The notes under the pieces: generated by a model
What the model was told of the DNA's origin: nothing
What the model saw: the letters and a program-made list of their open reading frames with translations, nothing else
Databases searched by the model: none
In this document: in pieces, positions 17,706 through 28,036 of the stretch
Layout of the letters: each line of letters opens with the position of its first letter
How positions within the stretch are numbered: position 1 is the stretch's first letter
NCBI GenBank assembly: GCA_015067255.1
Contig: SVMS01000007.1
Location: forward strand, 1,352-65,351
DNA length: 64,000 bases
Direction of reading: 5' to 3'
Source of the DNA: Oscillospiraceae bacterium
GTDB taxonomy: Bacteria; Bacillota; Clostridia; Oscillospirales; SIG519
Program-made: the position numbers and the translations under genes

Positions 17706-19130
17706 TTATAAATTATAATATTTATCAAACTCAGCGGGATGAGGAATTGCTGCCATTTGCTTACATTCTTCACGTTTTGTTTTGATAAAGTTTTTGATAA
17801 GCTCTTCGGGGAATACTCCGCCTTCTGTAAGATAAGCATAGTCTTTCTCAAGAGCATCAAGAGCCGCCTCCAAAGAGGTAGGCAAGCCTTTAAGCTTTGC
17901 TTTTTCCTCTTCGGGAAGATTGTAAAGGTTCATATCATAAGGTCCCCAGCCGTTCTCATGGGGGTCAATCTTATTCTTAATACCGTCTAAGCCTGCCATC
18001 AAAATAGCTGCATAGCAGAAATAAGGATTACAGGTAGCATCGGGATTACGAAGCTCAAAGCGACGTTTGTCAGCACTCTTAGCATAAGCAGGAATACGGA
18101 TAACTGCGCTACGGTTAGAGGTAGCATAACCAACGGTAACAGGAGCTTCAAATCCGGGTACTAAACGCTTGAATGAGTTGGTAGAGGGGTTAGTAATAGC
18201 ACAGAGAGAGCCGATGTGCTTTAAAAGACCGCCCATAAAGTAATGAGCTTCACGGCTTAAATGTGAATATCCGTTATCGTCAGAGAAAACGGGCTGACCG
18301 TCTTTAAGTAAAAGCATATGTACGTGCATACCGCTGCCTGCTTCACCATAGATAGGCTTAGGCATAAAGGTTGCAGTTTTACCGTATTTCAAAGCGGTGT
18401 TATGAATGATATATTTAATCATCATAGTAGCGTCAGCCATTTTGGACATCTGACCTAACTGAGGCTCAATCTCAAACTGACCTGATGCAGCAACCTCGGG
18501 GTGATGATAGTTTAATTTAATTCCTGCATCACCGATAAGCATACACATTTCGCTACGACACTCATAGGAGGTGTCAAAGGGTTTAGCTATATGATAAGCC
18601 TTTTGCTTAGCAACAACAACGCCTTTACCTTCAACAGCGCTGTTCCAATAAGACTGATTTGCATCTACAGAAACTCCGATACTGTTAGGCTGAACCTCCC
18701 AGCCTACCTGATCGAAAAGATAAAATTCAAATTCAGGAAGAATAAGCATAGTATCAGCTATGCCGCTGTCCTTCATATATTTTTCAGCCGCAAGGACAAT
18801 ATTACGAGGATATTGTGCTAAAGGACGGTTTTCAGGATTGTCGATAATCATAGCATTACCTGTCATCGACAGAGTAGGAATTTCACAGAAGGGGTCAATA
18901 ACAGCTGTATCGGGGTCAGGAATAAATACCATATCGCTTTTTTCTACTACGGCATATCCATAGTTAGAAGCATCGAAGCCTATACCGCTTTTCATTGTAT
19001 CCTCAGAAAAATTCTCAGCGGGAATGGTTACATGACGGTACTGACCGTTGATATCAACCATTTTAAAATCAACCATTTTAATATCATTTTCTTTAATTAT
19101 AGAAATAATATCTTTTACACTTTTTCCCAT
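17706..19130 (-). CDS. glnA: glutamine synthetase
   Basis: Conserved GS motifs are present: FDASN, GSGMHVHM, NPY..A. Confidence 0.95.
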   Translation of the reverse strand: MGKSVKDIISIIKENDIKMVDFKMVDINGQYRHVTIPAENFSEDTMKSGIGFDASNYGYAVVEKSDMVFIPDPDTAVIDPFCEIPTLSMTGNAMIIDNPENRPLAQYPRNIVLAAEKYMKDSGIADTMLILPEFEFYLFDQVGWEVQPNSIGVSVDANQSYWNSAVEGKGVVVAKQKAYHIAKPFDTSYECRSEMCMLIGDAGIKLNYHHPEVAASGQFEIEPQLGQMSKMADATMMIKYIIHNTALKYGKTATFMPKPIYGEAGSGMHVHMLLLKDGQPVFSDDNGYSHLSREAHYFMGGLLKHIGSLCAITNPSTNSFKRLVPGFEAPVTVGYATSNRSAVIRIPAYAKSADKRRFELRNPDATCNPYFCYAAILMAGLDGIKNKIDPHENGWGPYDMNLYNLPEEEKAKLKGLPTSLEAALDALEKDYAYLTEGGVFPEELIKNFIKTKREECKQMAAIPHPAEFDKYYNL

Positions 19131-19290
19131 TTAACAACACCTCTTTATTTTTATACAATTCAGTATATCAGCAATAAAAATCAATGTCAATTGTTAAAAT
19201 ACATAAAAGAAAAGCACTTATATATGAATTATGTTTATTGTTTGTAATTGATTTTCTAAGAAAAATATGGTAGAATATTCAAGGTGATGA

Positions 19291-19692
19291 ATGATGGGTT
19301 TTAAAATCAAAGAACTATTGACTCAAATAATAAAATTCGGGTTTACAGGTGTTATTTGTTTTATTATTGACTACTGTGTTTTGCTGTTACTGACAGAGAT
19401 TTTTGGGGTAAACTATCTTATTTCCTCTGCTATCTCCTTTGCTGTATCAGTTATAGTCAATTACATTTTAAGCGTTAAATTCGTTTTCAGTGTGGATAAA
19501 GAAGCTTCTAAGGGGCGCAATTTTATATTGTTTATTGTTTTCAGCGTTATGGGCTTAGGACTTAATCAGCTGCTTATGTGGCTTGGCGTTGACATAATGC
19601 TGCTGGATTACAAGCTTGTAAAAATAGGCGCAACTGCTGTAGTTATGTGCTTTAATTTTATTACAAGAAAGCTTTTTTTAGAAAAGAAATAA
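19291..19692 (+). CDS. GtrA-family membrane protein
   Basis: FGFTGVICFIIDY start, 4 TM helices, about 130 aa. Confidence 0.8.
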   Translation: MMGFKIKELLTQIIKFGFTGVICFIIDYCVLLLLTEIFGVNYLISSAISFAVSVIVNYILSVKFVFSVDKEASKGRNFILFIVFSVMGLGLNQLLMWLGVDIMLLDYKLVKIGATAVVMCFNFITRKLFLEKK

Positions 19693-19697
19693 TTTTT

Positions 19698-19730
19698 GCT
19701 CTCCCTGTTTTAAAAGGGAGAGCATTTTTT
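19698..19730 (+). terminator. rho-independent terminator
   Basis: Hairpin gctctccc/gggagagc plus attttttc. Confidence 0.8.
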
Positions 19731-19834
19731 CTAAATATTAATATAGTAGTTTATTTTCAATATATCAATTTTACAAAAATGAAATTCAACCTTTAAAATT
19801 TAACTGTATTGCTTGAAGATTTATTCTTTTTTGA

Positions 19835-19857
19835 TATAATGTTTGTAGTTTGTCGAA
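19835..19857 (+). promoter_or_regulatory. extended -10 (TGaTATAAT) followed by a TGTCGAA box; also a near-copy of the 52-kb element terminus
   Basis: tataatgtttgtagtttgtcgaa matches tataatgattgtagtttgtcgaa at 52132-52154 at 22 of 23 positions. TTGAAG lies 16 nt upstream of the -10, and the sulP GTG lies 26 nt downstream. Confidence 0.5.
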
Positions 19858-19882
19858 TTTTATATAAGAAAGAAGAATTTTT

Positions 19883-21517
19883 GTGGAAGAGATATTTAAG
19901 CCTAAAATAATTTCCTGTATTAAAAATTATTCTAAAAGTCAATTGATAAAGGATATCGTTGCAGGAATTATTGTTGCTATTATTGCCTTACCTTTATCTA
20001 TCGCCCTTGCCTTAGCTTCGGGGGTAAATCCTGAGCAAGGTATTTATACAGCGATTATTGCAGGCTTTGTTATTGCCCTTTTAGGCGGAAGTAATGTTCA
20101 GATTTCTGGACCTACCGCTGCCTTTGCAACTATTGTTGCGGGCATAGTTGCCAAAAACGGTATGGGAGGACTTGCCGTTGCTACTATTATGGCAGGTATT
20201 ATCCTTATTGTTATGGGGCTTTGTAAATTCGGTAAAATGATAAAATTTATCCCCTTTACAATTACTACGGGCTTTACCTTTGGTATTGCCCTGACTCTTG
20301 TAATAGGTCAGCTTAAGGATTTCTTTGGCCTTACATATACAAAATCCCCCATTGAAACATTGGAAAAGCTTGAACAGGCTATTGTCTGCTTTAAGACTTT
20401 TAATTGGCAGGCTATGCTTATAGGCGTTATTGCTTTAGCTATTCTTATTATTTGTCCTAAATTTTTGAAAAAAATCCCCGCTTCGCTTATTGCCGTTATA
20501 TTTACTGCTGCCATTGTAAAGCTTTTCAATATGAATGTAAATACTATCGGCTCTCTTTATGAGATTTCCGCAGGCCTTCCCTCTTTAAGCTTGCCCTCAG
20601 TTTCTTTTGAAACTGTAAAAAATGTTTTGCCCGATGCTTTTACTATTGCTATTTTAGCGGCTATTGAGTCCCTTCTTTCCTGTGTTGTGTCTGACTCTAT
20701 GACAGGTACTAAGCACAACTCCAATACTGAGCTTATTGCTCAGGGCGCAGGAAACATTTGCTCTGCTCTTTTTGGCGGTATTCCCGCTACAGGCGCTATT
20801 GCACGTACTGCTGCAAACGTTAAAAACGGCGGTAAAACTCCTGTTTCAGGAATAGTTCACGCAATAGTTTTATTTATTATTCTTGCTCTGCTTATCCCTT
20901 ATGCACAGCTTATTCCTATGCCTGCAATTGCCGCTATCCTTTTCGTTGTAGCTTACAATATGAGCGAGTGGCGTGAGTTTATCCATTTAGTAAAAACCTC
21001 GCCCAAAAGCGATATTTTTATACTGATTTTAACCTTCTCCCTCACCGTTATTTTCGATTTGGTTGTGGCTATCGGTATCGGCATTGTTTTGACAGCTATT
21101 TTATTTATGGCACGTATGTCTGCGGTAACCAATATCCGAAAATGGACTTATTCTATTGAAGACCAAAAAAACAGCATCAATGTTCCTTCCGATGTTTTCG
21201 TATACGAAATAAGCGGTCCTATGTTTTTCGGAGCTGCCGATAAAATTGCAGAGCTTCATACAACCGATGCAAAGGTTGTTATTCTGAGAATGAGCGATGT
21301 ACCCGCTTTAGATGCAACAGCAGTACATAAAATTCAAGCTCTTATTGAAAAATGCAATAATAAAAATATAAGACTTTTATTCTCTCACGTAAATCAACAG
21401 CCTATGAAGGTTTTGAAGAAAGCCGGCATTTACAAGCAAGTAGGCTCTGAAAACTTCTGCAGTAATATTTATGTTGCTCTTGAAGAAGCCGAAAACTTTA
21501 TAAATACAAAAGAATAA
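19883..21517 (+). CDS. SulP-family anion transporter with a C-terminal STAS domain
   Basis: Polytopic body; STAS-like C-terminus (VVILRMSDVPALDATAVHKIQAL). Confidence 0.9.
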   Translation: MEEIFKPKIISCIKNYSKSQLIKDIVAGIIVAIIALPLSIALALASGVNPEQGIYTAIIAGFVIALLGGSNVQISGPTAAFATIVAGIVAKNGMGGLAVATIMAGIILIVMGLCKFGKMIKFIPFTITTGFTFGIALTLVIGQLKDFFGLTYTKSPIETLEKLEQAIVCFKTFNWQAMLIGVIALAILIICPKFLKKIPASLIAVIFTAAIVKLFNMNVNTIGSLYEISAGLPSLSLPSVSFETVKNVLPDAFTIAILAAIESLLSCVVSDSMTGTKHNSNTELIAQGAGNICSALFGGIPATGAIARTAANVKNGGKTPVSGIVHAIVLFIILALLIPYAQLIPMPAIAAILFVVAYNMSEWREFIHLVKTSPKSDIFILILTFSLTVIFDLVVAIGIGIVLTAILFMARMSAVTNIRKWTYSIEDQKNSINVPSDVFVYEISGPMFFGAADKIAELHTTDAKVVILRMSDVPALDATAVHKIQALIEKCNNKNIRLLFSHVNQQPMKVLKKAGIYKQVGSENFCSNIYVALEEAENFINTKE

Positions 21518-21525
21518 TATATATC

Positions 21526-21564
21526 AAAAAGCTTTATCGGAAAATTACCGATAAAGCTTTTTTT
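21526..21564. terminator. bidirectional rho-independent terminator
   Basis: Hairpin aaaaagctttatcgg/ccgataaagcttttt. Confidence 0.85.
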
Positions 21565-21568
21565 ACTG

Positions 21569-21844
21569 CTATTTTTTATTTTTTAAAACATTGTCGGGAA
21601 ACACGGAAGCATTTATCAAATCAGCAGGGTCAACATCAAGAGCATCTGCAATATTAAAAAACACTTCAAGAGAAAAAGGACGCACAATTCCGGGCGCTTC
21701 GATTGAGCTGATATGCGAGCGACTGACATTTGCCTTTTCAGATAATTGTTCTTGCGACATTCCACGCATTTTACGCAAAGTGGAAATAGCAATTCCCAAC
21801 TGAATATAACGGTCTCTGTTTTTAAATTGAACTTCTTTACTCAT
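21569..21844 (-). CDS. XRE-family HTH regulator (stand-alone)
   Basis: LRKMRGMSQEQLSEKANVSRSHISSIE is a Cro/C1-type HTH. Confidence 0.8.
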   Translation of the reverse strand: MSKEVQFKNRDRYIQLGIAISTLRKMRGMSQEQLSEKANVSRSHISSIEAPGIVRPFSLEVFFNIADALDVDPADLINASVFPDNVLKNKK

Positions 21845-21891
21845 ATGTGACTCTTCCTAACAATTATATTTTAAAGTTTTCACATTTATAC

Positions 21892-21928
21892 AAAAACTGT
21901 TCGGTTGCTAAGCAGCCGAACAGTTTTT
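21892..21928 (-). terminator. terminator downstream of tuf
   Basis: Hairpin ctgttcggttgc/agcagccgaacag with flanking A and T runs. Confidence 0.85.
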
Positions 21929-21944
21929 ATTATTATAAGTTTAC

Positions 21945-23141
21945 TTAGATAGCACTTACAACGCCGGAACCAACAGTTCTACCACCCTCACGGATAGCGA
22001 AACGAAGACCTTGCTCGATAGCGATAGGCTTAATAAGCTCAACGGAAATTGTAACGTTATCGCCAGGCATACACATCTCTGTTCCTTCAGGAAGCTCGAT
22101 AACACCTGTAACGTCTGTTGTTCTGAAATAGAACTGAGGACGATAGTTGTTGAAGAAAGGAGTATGACGGCCACCCTCGTCCTTAGTAAGAACGTAGATT
22201 TCGCCCTTGAACTTGGTAAGAGGCTTAATGGAGCCAACCTTAGCAAGAACCTGTCCTCTTTCGATATCTGTTCTGTTGATACCTCTTAAAAGACATCCAA
22301 CATTGTCGCCTGCTTCTGCATAGTCAAGAAGCTTTCTGAACATTTCGATACCTGTAACAACAGTCTTCTTAGGAGCATCCTCAAGACCAACGATTTCAAT
22401 TTCTTCTGAAAGCTTGAGCTGACCTCTTTCAACTCTACCTGTAGCAACTGTTCCACGACCTGTGATTGTGAAAACGTCCTCAACGGGCATTAAGAAGGGA
22501 AGATCTGCTTTTCTTTCGGGAGTAGGAATGTACTCGTCAACATTTTTCATAAGCTCAAGGATAGGAGCGTATTTGGGATCGGAAGGATCCTGAGAAGCAC
22601 ACTCGATAGCTTCAAGAGCAGAACCTCTGATGATAGGTGTATCGTCGCCGGGGAAATCATAGCTTGAAAGAAGCTCACGAACTTCCATTTCAACAAGCTC
22701 TAAAAGCTCGGGATCGTCAACCTGATCGCATTTGTTAAGGAATACAACAATCTTAGGAACGCCAACCTGACGAGCAAGAAGGATGTGCTCACGAGTCTGA
22801 GGCATGGGGCCGTCAGCTGCGGAAACAACGAGGATAGCACCGTCCATCTGTGCAGCACCGGTGATCATGTTCTTAACGTAGTCAGCATGTCCGGGGCAGT
22901 CAACGTGAGCGTAGTGACGAACGTCTGTCTCATACTCAACGTGAGCGGTGTTAATTGTAATTCCTCTTTCTCTCTCTTCGGGAGCCTTATCAATCATATC
23001 ATATGCTTCATACTGAGCCTTGCCCTGGAAAGCAAGAACCTTTGTGATAGCAGCGGTAAGAGATGTCTTACCATGGTCAACGTGACCGATAGTACCGATA
23101 TTAACGTGGGGTTTACTTCTGTTAAACTTTTCCTTTGCCAT
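21945..23141 (-). CDS. tuf: elongation factor Tu
   Basis: [29 protein letters not shown] at 23141 preferred; the track start at 23147 is a TTG two codons upstream. Confidence 0.98.
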   Translation of the reverse strand: MAKEKFNRSKPHVNIGTIGHVDHGKTSLTAAITKVLAFQGKAQYEAYDMIDKAPEERERGITINTAHVEYETDVRHYAHVDCPGHADYVKNMITGAAQMDGAILVVSAADGPMPQTREHILLARQVGVPKIVVFLNKCDQVDDPELLELVEMEVRELLSSYDFPGDDTPIIRGSALEAIECASQDPSDPKYAPILELMKNVDEYIPTPERKADLPFLMPVEDVFTITGRGTVATGRVERGQLKLSEEIEIVGLEDAPKKTVVTGIEMFRKLLDYAEAGDNVGCLLRGINRTDIERGQVLAKVGSIKPLTKFKGEIYVLTKDEGGRHTPFFNNYRPQFYFRTTDVTGVIELPEGTEMCMPGDNVTISVELIKPIAIEQGLRFAIREGGRTVGSGVVSAI

Positions 23142-23229
23142 TTTCAATATCTCCTTTTAATCAATTTTAATTTTTCAATTTATATTATTTTACATTCTTT
23201 TCAAGAAAAAAGCAAGCACTTTTTACAAA

Positions 23230-25317
23230 TTAGTCGTTCTTTTTAGCGCGAGTGCTTATAATTTGCTCCTGAATATTCTTAGGAACTTCAGTATAGTGGC
23301 TGGGCTCCATAGAATACTGACCTCTACCCTGAGTCTTGGAACGCATATCAGTTGCATAACCGAACATTCCGGAAAGCGGAACGTGAGCTGTAACTTCCTG
23401 AGCTCCGCCTGAAATGGTTTCCATACCCTGTATCATACCACGGCGGGAGTTAAGGTCACCGATAACGTCACCGAGATATTCCTCGGGAGTAATAACAACA
23501 ACCTTCATAATAGGCTCCATAAGTGCAGGATCTGACTTACGCATAGCCTCTTTGAATGCCATTGAACCGGCAATCTTAAATGCCATTTCTGATGAGTCAA
23601 CCTCATGGTAAGATCCATCGTAAAGTGTTACTTTACAGTCAACAACAGGATAGCCTGCAACAACACCGGACTGCATAGCGCCGCGGATACCGGCATCAAC
23701 AGCGGGGATATATTCCTTAGGAATAGCACCGCCGACAATCTTATTGATGAACTCATAGCCCTTACCGGACTCGTTGGGCTCAAGAATAATCTTAACGTGA
23801 CCGTACTGACCTTTACCACCTGACTGTCTTGCATATTTCATATCTACGTCTGCAGATTTGCGGATTGTCTCCTTGTAAGCAACCTGAGGATTACCGATGT
23901 TTGCTTCTACTTTAAATTCACGAAGAAGTCTGTCAACGATAATTTCAAGGTGAAGCTCACCCATACCTGCAATAATAGTCTGGCCGGAATCTTCGTCTGT
24001 GTAGGTTCTGAAGGTGGGGTCTTCTTCAGCAAGCTTTGAAAGACCGATACCCATCTTCTCCTGTCCTGCTTTTGTCTTAGGCTCAATAGCAACACGGATA
24101 ACAGGCTCCGGGAATTCCATTGATTCCAAGATAACAGGATGCTTCTCATCACAGAGAGTATCACCTGTTGTGGTATTTTTAAGACCAACGGCAGCAGCAA
24201 TATCACCTGCATAAACCTCGGTAATATCTTTTCTGTCGTTTGCGTGCATCTGAACTATACGTCCGAAACGCTCACGGCTGTCTTTAGTAGCATTTAATAC
24301 TGTTGCACCTGTCTCTACATGGCCGGAGTATACTCTGAAGAAAGTAATACGTCCAACAAAGGGGTCAGTTGCAATTTTGAAAGCAAGTGCTGAGAAGGGT
24401 TCATTATCGTCAGCCTTTCTTTCTGTTTCCTCACCTGTTTTCTCATCCACACCTTTGATAGCGGGAATGTCTACAGGAGAGGGCATATAATCAATAACAG
24501 CGTCAAGAAGCTTCTGAACGCCCTTATTCTTATATGATGTTCCGCAGGTTACGGGAACCATATCGTTGGCAATAGTAGCCTTACGGATAACCTTCTTGAT
24601 TTCCTCGATTGTGAGCTGTTCGCCGTCAAGATATTTCATCATAATATCTTCGTCCTGCTCAGCTACACTCTCAAGCATTTCCTGATGGTATTTCTCAGCT
24701 AATTCCTTCATATCCTCGGGAATTTCTTCGCAACGGATATCCTTGCCTAAATCATCATAATAAATATATGCTTTCATTTCAACAAGGTCAATAATTCCCT
24801 TAAAGGTATCTTCACTTCCGATAGGAAGCTGAATCGGAACTGCGTTACACTTGAGTCTTTCCTTCATCATTGCTACAACTCTGTAGAAGTCAGCACCCAT
24901 AATATCCATCTTATTTACATAAGCCATACGGGGTACCTGGTACTTATCAGCCTGACGCCATACGGTTTCAGACTGGGGCTCAACGCCGCCTTTAGCACAA
25001 AATACTGTAACAGAGCCGTCGAGAACACGAAGAGAACGCTCAACCTCAACGGTAAAGTCAACGTGTCCGGGAGTGTCAATGATGTTAATTCTATGGTTTT
25101 TCCAATAGCAAGTAGTAGCAGCAGAAGTAATTGTAATACCTCTTTCCTGCTCCTGCGCCATCCAGTCCATTGTAGCGGCGCCCTCGTGGGTTTCGCCTAA
25201 CTTATAATTAACACCGGTATAAAAAAGTATTCTTTCTGTTGTGGTAGTTTTACCTGCATCAATATGAGCCATTATACCGATATTTCTATATAAGTCAATC
25301 TTATGAGTACGTGGCAT
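23230..25317 (-). CDS. fusA: elongation factor G
   Basis: [26 protein letters not shown]; 695 aa. Confidence 0.98.
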   Translation of the reverse strand: MPRTHKIDLYRNIGIMAHIDAGKTTTTERILFYTGVNYKLGETHEGAATMDWMAQEQERGITITSAATTCYWKNHRINIIDTPGHVDFTVEVERSLRVLDGSVTVFCAKGGVEPQSETVWRQADKYQVPRMAYVNKMDIMGADFYRVVAMMKERLKCNAVPIQLPIGSEDTFKGIIDLVEMKAYIYYDDLGKDIRCEEIPEDMKELAEKYHQEMLESVAEQDEDIMMKYLDGEQLTIEEIKKVIRKATIANDMVPVTCGTSYKNKGVQKLLDAVIDYMPSPVDIPAIKGVDEKTGEETERKADDNEPFSALAFKIATDPFVGRITFFRVYSGHVETGATVLNATKDSRERFGRIVQMHANDRKDITEVYAGDIAAAVGLKNTTTGDTLCDEKHPVILESMEFPEPVIRVAIEPKTKAGQEKMGIGLSKLAEEDPTFRTYTDEDSGQTIIAGMGELHLEIIVDRLLREFKVEANIGNPQVAYKETIRKSADVDMKYARQSGGKGQYGHVKIILEPNESGKGYEFINKIVGGAIPKEYIPAVDAGIRGAMQSGVVAGYPVVDCKVTLYDGSYHEVDSSEMAFKIAGSMAFKEAMRKSDPALMEPIMKVVVITPEEYLGDVIGDLNSRRGMIQGMETISGGAQEVTAHVPLSGMFGYATDMRSKTQGRGQYSMEPSHYTEVPKNIQEQIISTRAKKND

Positions 25318-25329
25318 AATGTCCTCCTA

Positions 25330-25800
25330 TTAATATCTGTAATGTGCGAATGCTCTGTTAGCTTCAGCCATTTTATGAGTTTCGTCCTTCTTCTTAACGG
25401 CTCCGCCAGTGTTGTTAATAGCATCCATAATTTCGCCTGCAAGTCTTTCTCTCATTGTGCGCTCGCTTCTCTCACGAGAATAACGGGACAACCAACGAAG
25501 ACCCAGGGTTGTTCTTCTTTCGGGGCGAACTTCCATAGGAACCTGATAAGTCGCACCGCCGACACGTCTTGCCTTAACTTCCAATGTAGGCATTATGTTT
25601 TCCATAGCCTCCTGGAATGCTTCAAGGCCATCTTTGCCGGTTTTCTCCTTTACGATAGCAAATGCATCGTATACAATTTTCTGAGCAACGCCTTTTTTAC
25701 CGTCATACATAACGTTGTTGATAAGTCTTGTTACCAACTGACTGTTATACAGCGGATCGGGTAGTACATCTCTTTTTGCTATATTACCTCTTCTTGGCAC
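25330..25800 (-). CDS. rpsG: 30S ribosomal protein S7
   Basis: The GTG at 25800 gives (M)[15 protein letters not shown]. The RBS AAGGAGGGA lies 5 nt upstream. Confidence 0.97.
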   Translation of the reverse strand: MPRRGNIAKRDVLPDPLYNSQLVTRLINNVMYDGKKGVAQKIVYDAFAIVKEKTGKDGLEAFQEAMENIMPTLEVKARRVGGATYQVPMEVRPERRTTLGLRWLSRYSRERSERTMRERLAGEIMDAINNTGGAVKKKDETHKMAEANRAFAHYRY

Positions 25801-25946
25801 TTTGCTTCCCTCCTTCATATTCTGATATCATAGGTACTCGAAAGTTTTACTTTCGGCAGTGCTCCGGTAATACAGACAAATATATCTGAATTACAGCAAA
25901 GCACATTTTGTCTTTGCGTAAATTTTTACGCTTTAATTTTTGTCAA

Positions 25947-26363
25947 CTAAGCTTTCTTTGCGCGTTTAGCACCGTACTTACTTCTTGACTGCATTCTCTT
26001 GGCAACACCTTGAGTATCGAGAGTTCCGCGGATAATGTGATAACGCACACCGGGAAGGTCCTTAACTCTTCCGCCTCTGATCATAACCACGCTATGCTCC
26101 TGCAAATTGTGGCCGATACCGGGGATATAAGCTGTAACCTCAATGCCGTTTGTCAGTCTTACTCTGGCAATTTTTCTAAGCGCAGAGTTAGGCTTCTTGG
26201 GAGTCATGGTCTTAACAGTTGTACAAACACCACGTTTTTGAGGGGAGCTCTTGTCATTCAAATCCTTTGTTAAGGAGTTAAGACATTTCTGGAGCGCCGG
26301 AGCTGTGGATTTCTTTGTAGCTGTTTCCCTGCCCTTTCTAACTAACTGGTTAAAGGTTGGCAT
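25947..26363 (-). CDS. rpsL: 30S ribosomal protein S12
   Basis: [13 protein letters not shown]...; RBS AGGAGGTG 7 nt upstream of the ATG at 26363. Confidence 0.97.
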   Translation of the reverse strand: MPTFNQLVRKGRETATKKSTAPALQKCLNSLTKDLNDKSSPQKRGVCTTVKTMTPKKPNSALRKIARVRLTNGIEVTAYIPGIGHNLQEHSVVMIRGGRVKDLPGVRYHIIRGTLDTQGVAKRMQSRSKYGAKRAKKA

Positions 26364-26416
26364 CAATACACCTCCTAAAAATTTTTTATATCAAAGGCAA
26401 AAGCCTTGATAACAAA

Positions 26417-26653
26417 TTAAATGTTTTTAATATATGCAGCAACGGACGAACCTACTTCAATTTTGAACATTTCACCCAACGCCTGCATTGTAGGTACCTT
26501 TTCAACAGGAACTCCCTTTTCGTTGCAAAGAAGAACTATCGGCTCGGTATAGCCTTGCGCCGCATCCTCCGCTATAAAAACTTTAGTAGCTTCATTCTTC
26601 TTAAGCGCCCGAGTTACCTGCTTAATTCCTACCACGTGTTTTTCATTAAGCAT
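26417..26653 (-). CDS. L7Ae/L30e-family ribosome-associated protein (YbxF-like)
   Basis: GIKQVTRALKKNEATKVFIAEDA. It sits just upstream of rpsL, as ybxF does in Bacillus. Confidence 0.85.
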   Translation of the reverse strand: MLNEKHVVGIKQVTRALKKNEATKVFIAEDAAQGYTEPIVLLCNEKGVPVEKVPTMQALGEMFKIEVGSSVAAYIKNI

Positions 26654-26722
26654 ATCTCTCTGTTTCCTATATAAAAAAGTAATTTTGGGCGCAAAAATCT
26701 CGTCTTTGCGCAGATGTAATTG

Positions 26723-26751
26723 ATTTTATCGCATTTATTCTCATTTGTCAA
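26723..26751 (-). promoter_or_regulatory. sigma-A-type promoter of the L7Ae-rpsL-rpsG-fusA-tuf unit
   Basis: The minus strand reads TTGACA-N17-TAAAAT. Confidence 0.5.
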
Positions 26752-26799
26752 TAGTTTTAACAAAAATAATCTATAAATTCCTTTTTATCCCTTTTTTTC

Positions 26800-27945
26800 T
26801 TATTTGATATCCCAATCGTAATATTCTACCCAGGTTGCCGAATTAAGAATCAGGTCTTCATTTATTCCGTGAGCGTAATAGAAAAGCTGATATTCAGCAC
26901 TTTCCCCGCCGCCCACAAATTTGCAAGTATCCAGCTTGTCATCGTATGTAATTGTCTGACGGTTGATTTCCTTGCCGTCACGCTCCACAATCATTCCCGT
27001 TCTACGATAAAACCCGTCATATGTATAACGGTACACATTTTTAGGCTCACCGACCCACTCAGAAATATCGGACAGCTTCTCCCCGTGCTCACCGTATGCG
27101 TAAGTATGGACAACAGTTCCGTGTGAAAAAACTTTTTTATTCTCCACGCATTGTCCTTTATCATTGTAGATGCGCTCTACTGTTTCAGTTTTACGACCAT
27201 CGTTGTAGGTAGTAGCCTTATAGGTAAGCTGTCCCGCCGCATTGTAAGAATATGTAGAATCGGCTTGATAACCCTTTGAACCGTTTACTTTTTGTGATAC
27301 TTTGTTACCCTTTTCATCGTAGGAACAGGTTGTGGTACTGTCATCGTCATCATACGACGAATCATATACACGCTTAATCATATTACCCTTTGCATCGTAG
27401 GTGCGGGTTTCTGTTTCCCCGTTACCATATTTATTTGTTCTTATTCTTGTTTGTAACAAACCATTAGCGTAGGTGGAGTCATACTGCTCCCAATACTGCG
27501 CATCACTGTTTTCTTCCGAGCGCTGAACTAAAAGCCGTCCCTCATTATCCCAGGTAAAATATATGGTGTGAATACCCCATACTGACGTCGCAGGATAGCC
27601 CTTGGCATCGTAAGTATGCTTACCCGGGTTTTCCCCTTTTGACCAAAGCGGTTGCCACACAAAATGGCGCAACAGCTCAGGGGCACGTTCATCATTGGTA
27701 GAACAAAGCAAACGGTAGGCTTCTCCGACCTTTCCCTCTTTAATAGCAGTAAGCGCCTGTTCATATTTTCCGTCCTTCTGCACAGTAGGACTGCTTGTAT
27801 CTTCGGATACAGTTGACGACACATCGCTGATATCCGATGTGGTACTTGTAATATCACTGTTAATACCGTTATCAGAAGGCTTCTCACAGCCTGCTAATGC
27901 TGTAATTATCCCGCATACCAACAAAATCAAAAAAATTCGTTTCAT
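26800..27945 (-). CDS. lipoprotein with YD/RHS-like repeats
   Basis: MKRIFLILLVCGIITALAGC lipobox. Repeated YDxxGN motifs follow (TYDAKGN, SYDEKGN, YNDKGQ, TYDAKGY). Confidence 0.6.
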   Translation of the reverse strand: MKRIFLILLVCGIITALAGCEKPSDNGINSDITSTTSDISDVSSTVSEDTSSPTVQKDGKYEQALTAIKEGKVGEAYRLLCSTNDERAPELLRHFVWQPLWSKGENPGKHTYDAKGYPATSVWGIHTIYFTWDNEGRLLVQRSEENSDAQYWEQYDSTYANGLLQTRIRTNKYGNGETETRTYDAKGNMIKRVYDSSYDDDDSTTTCSYDEKGNKVSQKVNGSKGYQADSTYSYNAAGQLTYKATTYNDGRKTETVERIYNDKGQCVENKKVFSHGTVVHTYAYGEHGEKLSDISEWVGEPKNVYRYTYDGFYRRTGMIVERDGKEINRQTITYDDKLDTCKFVGGGESAEYQLFYYAHGINEDLILNSATWVEYYDWDIK

Positions 27946-28007
27946 CTCTTCATCTCCGAAATCAGACAATAGAAGAATTATAACATATTTTTACAAAATT
28001 AGCAAAT

Positions 28008-28034
28008 AAAAAACGGCGGAAAATCCGCCGTTTT
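28008..28034 (-). terminator. htpG terminator
   Basis: Hairpin acggcgga/tccgccgt with a T run on the minus strand. Confidence 0.8.
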
Positions 28035-28036
28035 AT

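Noticed and set aside
19185-19203. A TGTCA...TACA sequence upstream of glnA that could be a GlnR/TnrA box.
   Set aside because: The half-site spacing is 9 nt rather than the 7 nt of TGTNA-N7-TNACA. No better match was found on either strand.
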